A DNA stretch of 56,234 bases, counting the filler, from Dugesia japonica (lineage: Eukaryota), in the NCBI GenBank assembly GCA_001938525.1. It is 5 parts of 5 records of this genome, joined end to end, with 100 filler letters (N's around TTAATTAATTAA, not from the genome) between each part and the next. Parts side by side here need not be neighbours in the genome. Positions count along the whole stretch, not along the records: positions 1 to 16,727 come from MQRL01619163.1; 4 more parts are not named here. One strand, 5' to 3'. A program made the translations under genes and the position numbers. Every line of letters starts with the position of its first letter. The stretch's first letter is position 1. The notes beneath the pieces are model-generated. The model saw only the letters and a program-made list of their open reading frames with translations. It was not told the origin of the DNA and ran no database searches. Below, piece by piece: positions 1-13,402 of the stretch.

Positions 1-3000
1 TTTTCTTCATATTAAAAGATTGGTAATAACCAGATATCACCAACGGATGAAGAACCAAACTTTATACATCAAATTTTGACTAATGGTGTCCACTTCACAA
101 CCAAAATTCTTCTCTCTGTGGCAGACCCATGGCGTGAAGTCATACTCAAAGAAAAGAAACAAAGTCTANNNNNNNNNNNNNNNNNNNNNNNNNNNNNNNN
201 NNNNNNNNNNNNNNNNNNNNNNNNNNNNNNNNNNNNNNNNNNNNNNNNNNNNNATGAAGTTCGATTGCTGAGTATAGAAAGCAAAGTACAAGGACAGCTT
301 GCAAAGAACGAACTGCTAATTACCCACTTAAATGACTACCATAATTGACAATCCGAGACTATATGCGAGCTGTATACGATGATTAAGAAAAAGGGGGCCG
401 GTCGCCAAGTTAAAGAAAATATTTAGAGCTATTTGAGAATAGAACACTACGTGAGAAACCTGTCGGCATTTGCAACAGGCTGCGTAGTTTATAGTCAAGA
501 TTGAATCGATCACCCTAGATCAGAGGTCTCAGATGTAAAACTCATGTGCAAAATATAATAGCGTAATCGATCTAGTTAAAATGTACTTATGCGTTCGTTG
601 ACTTAATGTAAATAGAACATTAAAATGTCTTGAATTAACTGTTAACAATTCCTTAAATTGTTTCAGTAAATATTGTTAAAACTTTCTTACCCTAAATTGT
701 CTCAAAAACCATTGTAATTATTTTGGAAATATAGTAAGCATCGTGAAAGTCTATATCTAGACCTAAGAGTGAGTTTCAATGAGTTAGTTGTTATCATGAA
801 GTGATTAGTGTTGGTTGAAGCAAAAAGGCAATGTAAAGAAATGGAGTTAAGCTAGAACAACAGAAATTAAGGTAAATAATACTACAAAGATTTGCTGCTC
901 TCGGATAAAAGAAGAGTTTGCACATTGAGTGCACTAAGTCTTACGATTTCAAGGTCTTTGCCTTCGACAGAACATGGAACGAATGAGAAAGAAAAGTAGG
1001 AATTAAATCGAAAGTAAAATCTTCAAAGCATAAAAGCTCAACAATATTCCCAATCTATATTTTAATATGTTAAACTTTAATATTAAATTTTATGTGAATT
1101 TATAACTAAACTTGTAATAATCAATAATTTTTTGTAGAATATTTGGAAAATAATTATACAGTTGAAGTAGAACACTTTAATATAAGAAAATTGATAAGCA
1201 GAACAGAAGTCAAAAGGAAATATANNNNNNNNNNNNNNNNNNNNNNNNNNNNNNNNNNNNNNNNNNNNNNNNNNNNNNNNNNNNNNNNNNNNNNNNAGCT
1301 GGTGATAAAAATCATAAATTAAAAGATAACAACCAATAATGAATGTATGTAAGAAAATGTATACAAAGAAAATCCTTAAAGCCAGCGGAGAAGAAATAAG
1401 TACAAATAGAAGCAACATATTTTTCCGATGTTATAAAAATCAACAAGAAATAGTGAAAATAGAGACACAAGAAAATTCTTAATATTAGGCAAATGATAGG
1501 AAAATATAAATTATTTTAAAGATTAGCCATATAAAAATTTTTAAATATTAAAATAATTATTTAACGAAGAAGGAAAGAAATAAAATGTATTATTTATGAG
1601 TTGGAAAGCTGGAGAATATTAATTTCAAAAGTTTTAGCTAAGAATGAAAGGTTATCAATCAACTGATAAATTAATTAAGAAAATAAAATAATTAATTTAT
1701 TAAATAAATAAATCATTTGAAATACGAATGATTTGTTATTGGAAAGGAAATAATTTTGTGAATAAAATAAAATAGAAGAGAAAAGTCTACAAAAAAGAAA
1801 ATTTAGAATGGAAAAAATCCATAAAATTCAAAATTCTAAGCTAGAAAATCGTAGACAAACAAGAAAGAAAGCAGTAGTTTCCAAGTATCAATCAATCAAC
1901 ATTCAGTAATTTTGAGATTTCTGAATAAGTGGCCAGATATAAGGAAGTTACGTGATAATGTCAGAAAATCCAGCCTATTAAAAGAACTGCTAAAAATACA
2001 TTCTGAAAAACTATATAAACAATTCCGATTTCCCCAATTTTTAACCACAATTCTGAGTTGAAATTTATAGCTACCATTTTAAATTTATTCACCGTAAATT
2101 AATAAAACTTAGTATGCATTTATTTCTATAGATAAACTCAAATGATTGAAAAATTAATTAATGCTCCTTACTTCTGATTTCACCCATGTTAAATGTTAGT
2201 TAATTTTATAGTATATTTTATTATGTAAACAGTAACTAATGCCTAATAACTTTTAAGTTAAAATGAATTAATAATAATACTAGATGATGTTGTAATATTA
2301 ATTCCAAAGTTAAATGAGTATTCGTTGATACTGATTAATAATAATAATAATATTCGGCTAAATCCCCAACTCGAGCAAAACCAAGTACAAGCAAGATAAA
2401 TAGCAAAAGACACCTCGGTTGACAATAAAATCAAAATGAGCTTCAGAGACAATAGAATTTCGGATAACAAATCAAATCATAATGAACTAAAATAACTTAA
2501 AGTCAGTAAAGCACTTTTGATAAACGTTGTTTTCGGCAAATCCTGAAGAACATGAAGACTATCCTCGGTATCAGAAAAGTGTATTCTATAACAAAATTTA
2601 CACAAACTAACGGCTCTGTAAAATTCAGAAGGTAACCGTCTCAAAAGTTGGACAACTATTAAAATTAGTACAAAGGTTTTGGAAATTGCTTGTAAAGGTA
2701 ATAATAACAACACTCAAACTACATTAATATTATTACTCAAGAAAAAAGATCTTTAAAAATAAATTTGATGCAAATATGCCGTTTCATTGATAAAATTAAT
2801 TGCTCGTATCAGTTTTGATAATTTTTCTTACAGCATTTAGAATATTAAATTACAAAATTGTTATTCCTTAGTCAAAAATAATAAAAATTATTATTAATGA
2901 AATTAATTCTATGAANNNNNNNNNNNNNNNNNNNNNNNNNNNNNNNNNNNNNNNNNNNNNNNNNNNNNNNNNNNNNNNNNNNNNNNNNNNNNNNNNNNCT

Positions 3001-3373
3001 ATTATTATGAATAATTTATCACCCTTTAAATTTTCAGCTTCTATCTTGTTGATTTTAGAACTGAATTATCAGAAATTAGGAAAAAATTGAGTAATGTAAC
3101 CAAATATATAATGTATTATCTTTAATAAATATTTTAAAATTTAACTAAAAGTATAAGAACAATAAACCATATCCAAGGTACTCGATGGTCAATTATTATC
3201 TTGTGTATCTGTGATTTCAATTTAAAAATCACATTGATAAAATAAAACATCAAAGTCGAAAAAAAAAATAAAAAACCATCAATGTTGAAATTTATATAGT
3301 CAATTTTCTATTTTATTTTCATTTGTTTTAAGGATATTGCAATAAACTATTCTATCAGTAGAAAGTTAGCTGC

Positions 3374-6300
3374 TTAAAGTATTTCCCATTGGATAATTGA
3401 CGAATCTTTGCCTCCACTGCTGATTACACGAGAATCATCAAAAAGGAATTTGACATTTGTGACGTGACTACTGTGACCTCTGTANNNNNNNNNNNNNNNN
3501 NNNNNNNNNNNNNNNNNNNNNNTTTTTCACAGAAAATTGACTAAAATGATTATTTCCAAATGTTAATTTATATTACACAAATGAAACATGCCTGTTTTAA
3601 ATATGTACAATTCTCATTGGTTAAGAAATTATAAGATTGAATTCATTGAAAATGTTTTTGCAAGTAGATTTGTTAATCATTGATCTGTATTTATCCAATA
3701 AAAAAATTTNNNNNNNNNNNNNNNNNNNNNNNNNNNNNNNNNNNNNNNNNNNNNNNNNNATAAAATGATTTGATTTCAAATTTCATAATTTGTTTTTTTA
3801 AAATTTAGTCTCAATGATCCAAGCACTCTATTTACTCGCAACACAAATTGGTTTGAATTGAACTTTTTAAGGATTATATTATTTACATTAATAGGGAAAT
3901 CCAAATTTATAAACAAGAATTTCTCTACTATTACNNNNNNNNNNNNNNNNNNNNNNNNNNNNNNNNNNNNNNNNNNNNNNNNNNNNNNNNNNNNNNNNNN
4001 NNNNNNNNNNNNTTCTTTCTCATTTTACGTTTTCTAATGATACTATTACATTACTAATAAAACTTTAACAGAGTCACAAATAATTTAGAATATTAGCAGG
4101 TAATAACGTGACTAAGAACTTTTGACTCTCCGCGGAATGCAGCTAAATGTTTATTGACAGACAAACATATATTGGTGATATTAGTAAATAGCCGATTCTT
4201 CTCTCACTAAATAGTTCTTAGTTTATTAACAGATTTCTTTTACTTCTTTGAGTAATATAAAATCTAATAACATCCAGTTTCGTCGAAAATTTGTATTTAT
4301 TGTAAAATGTTAAAATAATTAAACAAATACAATTAATAAATAATATACAAAATCATTCTTTTTAATTTATAATCAATTATGATTTCGATTTTGGTAAATT
4401 TTTAGTATTTAAATTGATTTTTCAAAAATCAATATTTGATAATTAACTGATTTGTTTGGCTTTAAAATGAATAATATAAAGAATTTAAAGTTTGACTAAT
4501 TGAAAATAACTGATGACTAATTAACAGTTGAAACAAACAATTGTAAATCAGTTTTATTATTTATTAAAATCACATAAATATTAATCATTTGTCTTTGGTG
4601 TTTGCATAAATTAGTCCGGATTTATAAATTTATAAAACAATGACTGTATAATCTGAATTTAAAATTTTAAATGTAAAAGTATAGTATTATAAATAACTTA
4701 TTGGTATCTAATTATTACAACTGACAGAATTATTTTATTTTTATACAAATTTAGCCAGATAAAATTATGAGCTCACTTAGTAATAAAATTATTACGTTTC
4801 TGATTTTATATATTAAATGGTGATATAAATGAAGAGTGAATACTAATAAGCGATGCCAAATTTTGATGTGTTTCTAATTAAACTGTAATAAAACTATTAA
4901 ACTCATATTAACAAAAGGTCTTTTGTTTAGGAGAAAGAGCAAATTATTCATTTACTTCTAGCGAAAATATCTTTAAGCATGGCTATTTACTTATTTATTG
5001 TTTAATTGTATTTAAATATAGAATTTTCGAACATGTTTTACCACCAATATCAGTGGTGCTAATTATTTTATTTTTTTCGCAATAACCTTAATTTTTTTAG
5101 AAAATGTATNCCAGAAAATACATATTCTTTCAAGTCAATAGTTCTCAACGTGTAGATCTCGATCCTTTCGGGATCGAATAAGCATTTAACCGGGTCCACA
5201 TTCAAATTATCAGAAATTTGTTTTAATTTGCTATTCGAATCGACTAAACTTGTAAATGTACAATTTTTCCCACTGGTAATTTATAATAATAGTAGTAATA
5301 ATAGGTAATTTATCAATATGATTTTTATTGTTATACTTCTTGATTAATCATAAAGAAATTATGTTTAATAATGTTAAATTTGTAAAAATATTGTAAATAT
5401 NATATTGTAAAAATAATCATATATTGTAAAAATAAAAATATTCTGCATTATGAGTGGCAAGTCATCCCGTGATAAAAAAAATTCGTGTAGAAAGAAAAAC
5501 ATTTGCAGAATACTGTTCAGGTGTTTTCTGGTCACGTTGGATTTGAGTCCCCTGTGCAACAACGATGAAATGTTTTAAAAACTAAGTTTACTATTAGGAG
5601 CCACAACTTGAGGAATTTTATCCAGTGTTGTATCAATAGAAAAGCTGAAAAACCGCTAAGCAAAATTCCATTTGTTAAAATGTATTAAATTTAACTTTGT
5701 CTATTTTCATCGAAATTTATGAATAATAAAATTAGTACTACCAATTTTTTTCATTCACTTAAAATTTTAAAATTAAAATTTTTGTTTCCACACCCACTCG
5801 GACTAAAATCACGAGTCAAATTATAGATACTCGACTACATTTTTTTCTATTTAAAGACAAGTGCGACTAATACAAAGCAGCTACTTGTATGGTAATTTTT
5901 TTTATTTATGTCATCATTAATTTCTATTCGTAATAAAAAATTTGGGTTTTTATCTATCAGATGTTTATCATTCTACACAATTTTCAAAGGGTGACTTATA
6001 ACCAAGAAAATACGATATATATATATATATATATATATATATTCTACATTCTGCCGGTAACTCACACCAATATATCTATTAATATTTGTATTTTTCTGAT
6101 AGTTAATATAAACGATGAAATCAATCAAAAATACCGAGATAATTAATCAGATTTGATTTTCATAATTATATCATCACAATAAATTCTAGAAATACATTTT
6201 TTAGATTATTGATAAAAGAAAAACTAAAATTATGCATAAGTTTTATCAATACTTTCCAGGTATGGATTGAAATTTGAATATTTTAAATAAGGATTTCAAT

Positions 6301-9300
6301 CGGTACTTTTTAAAAGAAAATTTTAGATAGCATTTCAAGTATTACTTTAGGATTTGGAAAAGGATAGCTGTAAAGGTTAACTCGTCCAAAATCGTCGGAA
6401 GAGCACAAAACTGGTAAGTGATGACCTTTATCCACTGAGTTTATGTCTGTACCATCCATACCTTCAGCCCATATACCAGCAGTTGACCAATCAATTGTAC
6501 AATTAACTGTAGCCCAATCTATATCTCGAACTTGATCTATAGCCTGAACCTTAAGAAAACATTTAACTATATTTAATTTATCTAGATTTTAAACGAACTT
6601 GTCTGCATGTACTTGAGCTCCAATAAAGCAGTTCATAATCACCTGAATTTGATCGTAAGAACTGTCCATTAGTCGACCAGTCTATGTGAGTTATAAAACT
6701 TGAATGGCCCGTGCATTTTCCATTCTTTGAATATTTGTAACCATTATCTGATACATTATACATATAGATACTATTGTCACGTGAACCGATTGCAAGTGAC
6801 CGCCCATCTAAACAATAATATTTTTATAATGGAAATTAAATATTTCGAAAAGAAAAAGAATTGCAAAATATTAAATTATGTAACTTAAGTTCTTCAAACG
6901 AATATTTCATTAAAAATTTAAAATAATCGTGACAAATAATTCAAAAGTAAAAAGAATTCATCAAAATGAAGAGAAGCAATATTTTTAAAACATCGTTCAT
7001 TAATTGAATATAAAAATGTTGGATGAGAAATACAAAATTATTAAGTAAATTTAAATAAGATTTTCCTCTTAATTCGAATACAAATATTTTTTTGATAATT
7101 ATTATTCAACTAATGGTATTCAATGGTATTTAACTAGTCTAAAAAGTCCATAATGTTTAACTTTTTACCTAATTTAAAATGGTTCAAATTTTATAAATAT
7201 ATGAAGTCTTAAATTTTTATTATTATCCCTTTTACTGCGCAATACGTTATGAGATTTCGTGCTAGCTGTACACAAATTCCGATTTTATTGCTATAAAAAC
7301 TCGATCACTTCTTTCGCATTTAACGTGCTCGTAGGTACAGAACGTAAACAGGTTATGTTGAGCAGGGAACAATTTATAAACACTGTGGAGCAGGAATAGA
7401 TGGTTGAAGAAGAGAAAGGATTAAAAAGAATCAAAATAGAGAAATAATTTTAANNNNNNNNNNNNNNNNNNNNNNNNNNNNNNNNNNNNNNNNNNNNNNN
7501 NNNNNNNNNNNNNNNNNNNNNNNNNNNNNNNNNNNNNNNNNNNNNNNNNNNNTTATAAAATAAAGAATTAATTATTAAAATTTCTTTATTATTATTATGA
7601 AGCTTCAGAATCAAATCGCTGTGCAGTGAAATAAAAATAACGAAGTTTTCCTTTAAAATCTATTATTTATATAGTTTATTTCCAAATGTTATATGCTTTC
7701 TTTTATCGAATATTCAAACAAATATTCTTATAATATTTTAATTCTCCGTAAATTTTTTTCAAGATATGCTAAATTACCAACCTTATGAATGAATTTAAAA
7801 TTACTTCATTAAAATTAATCATTAAAAATTCATTGATAATTAAAGTTAAAGCATATTAAATTAAAGTTAATTAAAAGAATTTTAGAACGATGTATTATAT
7901 CCTCACACTTTAAAAACTTTTTCCACGTTATTTTCTACAATTTTTCATTATGCATGCGTTTTATCATTTTACATGGGTCTGTATATTGCTTGTCTTTTGA
8001 TTTACCTAATATTTTGATTAAAACATTATCTCCTTAAAATTGTCTGTTTTTTTATATCTGTTTTGTAAATTCTTTTCTCTTTTCTCTATTATTGAACTAT
8101 CATGCTCTGTGTATTTTCTTGCCAAACATTATTTCCACAATGCTGCTTTTTCTGTATCATCGCGTTTAACGTGTATAAAATTTCTGGTACCAATTGTGAC
8201 CAATTCTTTTTTCATTTACTCTTCAATGAGGCATTAATACAGTCTCTGATCGTTCTGAACTGACATTCCACAATTTTATTTGTATTATGCTAATAATGAA
8301 TCGAAAAGTGAAGCAATATTCATTTATTCTGACACAATATTTAAATATTTTCACATATGTTAGACGAGTTTTGAGAACTCGGATTATCAACATCAAAATT
8401 CAACTCCATAAAATTTATTTCAAAAAAAACTATAACATCATTATTTGTTTAATCAAACAAATTAAAACCCATGCTTCGATTGGGAATTATTTTCTAATAA
8501 ATTTAAAATTAAAACTTTAAAACGAAACATCATTCGCTACTAAAATATTTAATTTTAAAAATTCTTCAACTATATAAATATTTTTGTATGAAAATATTTG
8601 AATTAATCTTTAAATACTCATCATTTTCGTACCAAAACTTAATTGAATTTATTTTAATTTCTTGATTAATTTGTGACTTCCAATCATCAAATAAGAGATT
8701 TTTTTAAAAAAAATCCCAATCAAAGCACAAAAATTTCAACTCGCTTCAAAACCACTCATAATATATATATATATGTACACTGATAAAAGTTTGTACATAT
8801 AAATTGAATATTAGATCATCATTTTTCAAAATTCAGGACATGAACTTTCGTCTCTTAGAACTTCAATAATGCTCAGTGGTAAGGATGCCTCTCTTTAGAA
8901 TCCAACAATAGTCAACCACCACGACTGCATACGAGGGTCCTTGATATCTGGTCTCCATCTATTTCATATCCTGATGAAATTCCTCCCTGGCCGGTTGCTC
9001 ATTGATCCCAGTATTTCAGGAAACCAATCTACATGTGAAAATAAGTAATGAATTTTTCCTCTCATATTGCATCCAAGATTTCTGAAAGAAGTTAGCATAT
9101 TGGCATCAAGCTCTGTGTAGTTCCTAGCCTAATTGTTATAAAGTTTTCACAACCATTTCAAATTTTCTCCAGCATGTACTTCAGCGTTTCATACTTTGCA
9201 TTAAGTATGAGTGAGCACATGAGTTAGTGAACATGTAAAATAAATTAAAAAAACACAATCTGACAAAAAATCGACTTCATTAAAAATGAATTATAATTTA

Positions 9301-10640
9301 TAATTATGTAACTATAAATGAAAAACTAAACTACAATACAAAAACTTACAATTTTATTTACTTTTGATATTAACTTTGTTTCTATGGTTATTTTTCGTTT
9401 GTATTGGTAAAATATAATTGATGCTTCATTTTTATTTTCTATTCAATTTTAATATAATTAGCTTCAAATTTTAAAGAAAAAATAAAAACAAATATTCATG
9501 GGGAAATACAACGTTTGCAATACAAACAAATATGTAAATTCTTATCGAATGATTATTTAATATTTAATATTTATATTTATTTTTTATATTTAATTTAATT
9601 TTTAATTTAATTTAATTTATTTTGTATTTAATATTTAATGATTAAATTAATATTTATTTAATATTTGTATTGTATTTATATTTGTTCATGTTTATTTTAT
9701 ACGATGTAAATTTTTTGATATGCGAATAATTCTGATTGTTACTGGGTTAATTGACAAATATAAAAATTTCTTTATAAAATTCTCTTTGCTGATAACTAGG
9801 GCGGCCCATTGCCAAATAAAAACGCTGAAAACGCCAAATTTTTTTACAACGTGGTGATGAAGAAAACATTAAGAATTTTTCTCGTGAAGAATAAATTATT
9901 TCTTTAAAAAAACTTTATTATTTTTAAATACCAAATTTAGAGGTTAATAAGTGCCAAAACAAACTGTCCTACTGATAATATACATGAAATAACAGTTAGC
10001 AATAAACAGGTTTATTTATTTCGGCAATTTATTTAAAATAAAGTCAATCTGGCCTAGTCGTACATTGGTAAGCAAAAGCAAAACAATTGAATATAATTTA
10101 TACAACTTTATAGATATATTTTTCTTTTTATTTAAGCTGATTTATAGTTCATTATAAAAACTAAATCGTTTAAAAAAATGAAAATATCGTCTTTTACTAA
10201 TAATACCAGTCTTAATTAAAATCAATTATGATTTATCAAAAAATAACATAAAAGTTGAGGTGTATGCAGAAATGTGAAGCAAATAACCTGTGGAGAATTG
10301 GATACATTCAATTTGTTCATTTCCATCTGTATGAACACAAACCATTTCTCTTGTGATAGTGTCGATTACCATCCATCTTCCAGCACAGCATCCCACTACA
10401 ATGATCTCTGATAACGGATGGAAACACACACTATGTAAATTTTCAGTAAACTCCTTCCGCCAAATAAGTTGTCGAGTTAAACTATCCCAGTAACACAAAA
10501 ATTTGTCATATCCAACACTAACAAATCTATGCTGCTTAGGATGTGTAGCAAGGCCCCACATTTCTTCAACATGACCTTCCACAATAGATCGGAATTCCAT
10601 TGACTGTGTATTACCCTAATTATAAAAATGACAGAATAAC

Positions 10641-10705
<65 letters not shown>

Positions 10706-13402
10706 NNNNNNNNNNNNNNNNNNNNNNNNNNNNNNNNNNNNNNNNNNNNNNNNNNTAATAATAATAATAAAAATAATAATAATAAAAATAATAATAATAA
10801 TAATTATAATAATAATAATAATAATAATACTTGTAAAATTGAGTTTCGAGTACTTCCAACCAATATCATTCCACCAGGTCCCTGAGACAACATTCTAATA
10901 GCACCATGACTCTCTGGCAAAATTTTTTCAACTCCAATGTTAACCAACAATGAACTCCATTCTTTAATTTTCCTGTCTTTTCCTCCTCCGGATAATAAGG
11001 TACTATTCTTTGTTAAAAGTAATGAGAATATCGGGCCTTCGTGAGCTGCATTTACAATTTTGTCTATCTTATGTGTTTCTAAAGAACATTTAAAACAATT
11101 TAAACTGATTATCACCCAGACCCATATTCCACAATATTATATTTCCTGAAGAGTCTCCTGTAATCAATTCTCCATTGTCTAAAAATGTTTGACATAGCAC
11201 AAATTTTGGTTTTTCATTTTTCTGTACAATAGGTTCATAAACTGAAATGTAATAGCTGAATCTTACTTCATATACAGCTTGTTTCTTTGACAATTGATTC
11301 TCCTCCAAATTCCAGAAAGCAAGATGATTTTTACCACAAGTTACTAAACATTTATTATTCAATGGATGGAAATCCACTGACAATATAGGTTCGGTAGAAC
11401 TCTAAATAAGAATAGAAAATATTAAAAAATTGTATTGAAACCTTCGCTTCCACAATTCTGCGTTCTTTTTCCCATTGCCAGATTGATAAAACGTGTTCAT
11501 TAGCTTCATCCACAGCAGCTATGAGAATACCTCCATCCTTAAAAAATTTTTGATAATTTGAAGAATCATATTAATTAAATAAAACTGAACAATGAAAATT
11601 AACTATGAAATGATTGGCATTCCTAAACAGATATTTTATAACTATATTCTTAAAAAAATCCACAACAGCTTTATTTCATATAATAATTGCATTTATGAGT
11701 CAAATGTTATTGTTTTCTATTTATTTGCAGTGGTTGCCATAGTCATTAGGAAATTTAAAATTAATATATATTCATGGATCAAGAATTAAAAGAAAAGTTA
11801 TTTATGCAATATTTAAAAATTTCGATATAAATTAAACGATTTTTTTAAAATTTAAACACAATTTCAATTGTATTTTAAGATCTACTTATTAAAACATAAA
11901 TTGAAATATCAGGTTATCAGAAAAATAATGCGCGTTTTGCATGTAGATATGTTCAACAACCCGTTTAAATCGTACTATGCGATTAAAAATGATCTAGTCT
12001 GTATGCCAAAATAAAATAAATGTCTATATTGATTTTTCAAAAATGTTTCTTCAACCGTAATAATAAATCAATATATTTTGCCGTCCTCAAAGATGGAAAT
12101 TGTTTTAAAGCATTTTCATATNNNNNNNNNNNNNNNNNNNNNNNNNNNNNNNNNNNNNNNNNNNNNNNNNNNNNNNNNNNNNNNNNNNNNNNNNNNNNNN
12201 NNNNNNNNNNNNNNNAAAAATGGTTTTTTAAATTCAGGGTTTGGACAGTTGATCTCAAAAATGCTGATCAATCGGGTAGAAAAATTGTATTGGTTAAGCT
12301 ACGCTATATTTAGAAATAAGCTTCATTCAATTTCAATTTTTATTATCTGAGAACTCATACTAAGCTATATGAGTGTGGTTGAAATTTATTGCGTTACACA
12401 CCATTCTCCTCATATATTGCATCATCGGAGTTTCGCTTATTCCGTATCCTTCAGAACTTCTTAAATAGAATATCATTTAAAAATTATCATATTGTTAAAG
12501 AAATGTGGAGATTTGAGTTAAAACCAAAACAATTCTACATTGATGCAATCTTTAAATTATTTGAAAGACAGACAAGTGTTGAATAAAGTTTTTGTAAAAT
12601 AAAGAATTGTGCTTTATTTTGATTTAAAAACGTTAATTTTTTTGGACAATCTAAAAGAACATCTCTTTAAAATGTAATCCAAGTTGAGTAACAAATTCGA
12701 ACTATTTAAATTCGAATAATCAATTACCAATGATTTTATTCAAATCTACATATACAAATAGTCATGTAAATAGCGAGATAATCTGAATTTTTTTAATTTG
12801 AAAAAGTAAACTAACAGCTTTGGAAAATGACAAACAGCAAACTGATCTTTCAAATTCGCCAAGGCCTACAACGTGCAATGTATTCAAGTTGACTGAACTC
12901 CATATTCGTATGTGTGGCTAAAAATAAATATCATTAAATAAATCCTACCAATCAAAACTAATTATAAAATAACAACACACTGTATGCATAAATGATTGCA
13001 AGTCATTAGACTTCTATGTCAATTCATCACCAATGAAAATAAGAATATAAACATTATTTATTAACAACAATCAAATATCGATCGAAAAAATGAATTAATT
13101 AATAATTATTTTTGACAAGATAAAATATGTAATATCAACAATTACGAAGCTTTAAGTCTTAGGAAAGACCATAAATACATACCCAATTAGGAAGGCATAA
13201 ATTGAGATCAGATCGATATTTAAATCGAGTAGATATATGCTAAAGTAATTAATTGATTTATACTGCAGTTATTGTTTTACATTTTTACAGAAAAAATAAA
13301 TACAATTATGGCTATGTAGATAAAATTACTTTTCCATGTGTTTTTGAATGTCCAGCGACTTGACCTGTAGCTATGGTTATCTTGTCTGGATGTATTGCAA
13401 TA
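3374..13402 (-). CDS. EML: Echinoderm microtubule-associated protein-like (EML/EMAP) WD40/TAPE-domain gene, 3' part; 5' exons (coiled coil, HELP) not found
   Basis: Phase-consistent GT-AG exons: 13402-13330 (IAIHPDKITIATGQVAG), 12917-12816 (PHIRIWSSVNLNTLHVVG), 11537-11442, 11401-11267 (DFHP..VTCGKNH), 11221-11122 (EKPKFVLC..ITGDSSG), 11078-10831 (AHEG..SGGGKDRKI), 10615-10288 (GHVEEMWGLA..HTDGNEQ), 6807-6599 (GHSSFITHIDWS..SNSGDYE), 6549-6346 (DGTDIN..DDFG), and a last exon from the gap at about 3484 to 3374 (GHSSHVTNV..GGKDSSIIQW, stop TAA). Motifs match the EML1/2/4 family in order. Confidence 0.96.
5136..5658 (+). mobile_element. Degenerate non-autonomous hAT element with SPIN-like termini, in an EML intron
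   Basis: 5' end CAATAGTTCTCAACGTGTAGATCTCGATCCTTTCGGGATCGAA and 3' end CCACAACTTGAGGAATTTTAT..AGAAAAGCTGAAAAACCGCTA resemble the SPIN/Charlie termini as I recall them. No intact TSD. Confidence 0.55.
8778..9200 (-). mobile_element. Transposase C-terminal remnant, probably CMC superfamily (Chapaev3-like)
   Basis: Minus-strand translation with a frameshift: FRNLGCNMRGKIHYLFSHVDWFPEILGSMS / FHQDMK*METRYQG..DYCW, matching the LGCNMSxKxHxLxSHxDxFP..GERFHQD..RYQG..DYCW motif. CACTG at 8778 is a possible terminus. Confidence 0.65.
10641..10828. repeat. (AAT)n microsatellite in an EML intron, spanning a gap
   Basis: Visible tandem AAT array. Confidence 0.95.

Noticed and set aside
254-520. Possible retrotransposon integrase zinc-binding remnant
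   Set aside because: Only weak His/Cys-like hints; too degraded to call.
2258-2713. Two minus-strand ORFs downstream of EML
   Set aside because: No recognisable domain or splice pattern.
10620-10859. Poly-Tyr/Ile/Leu ORFs here and at 36235-36534 and 40660-40999
   Set aside because: They are translations of AAT microsatellites and N gaps.
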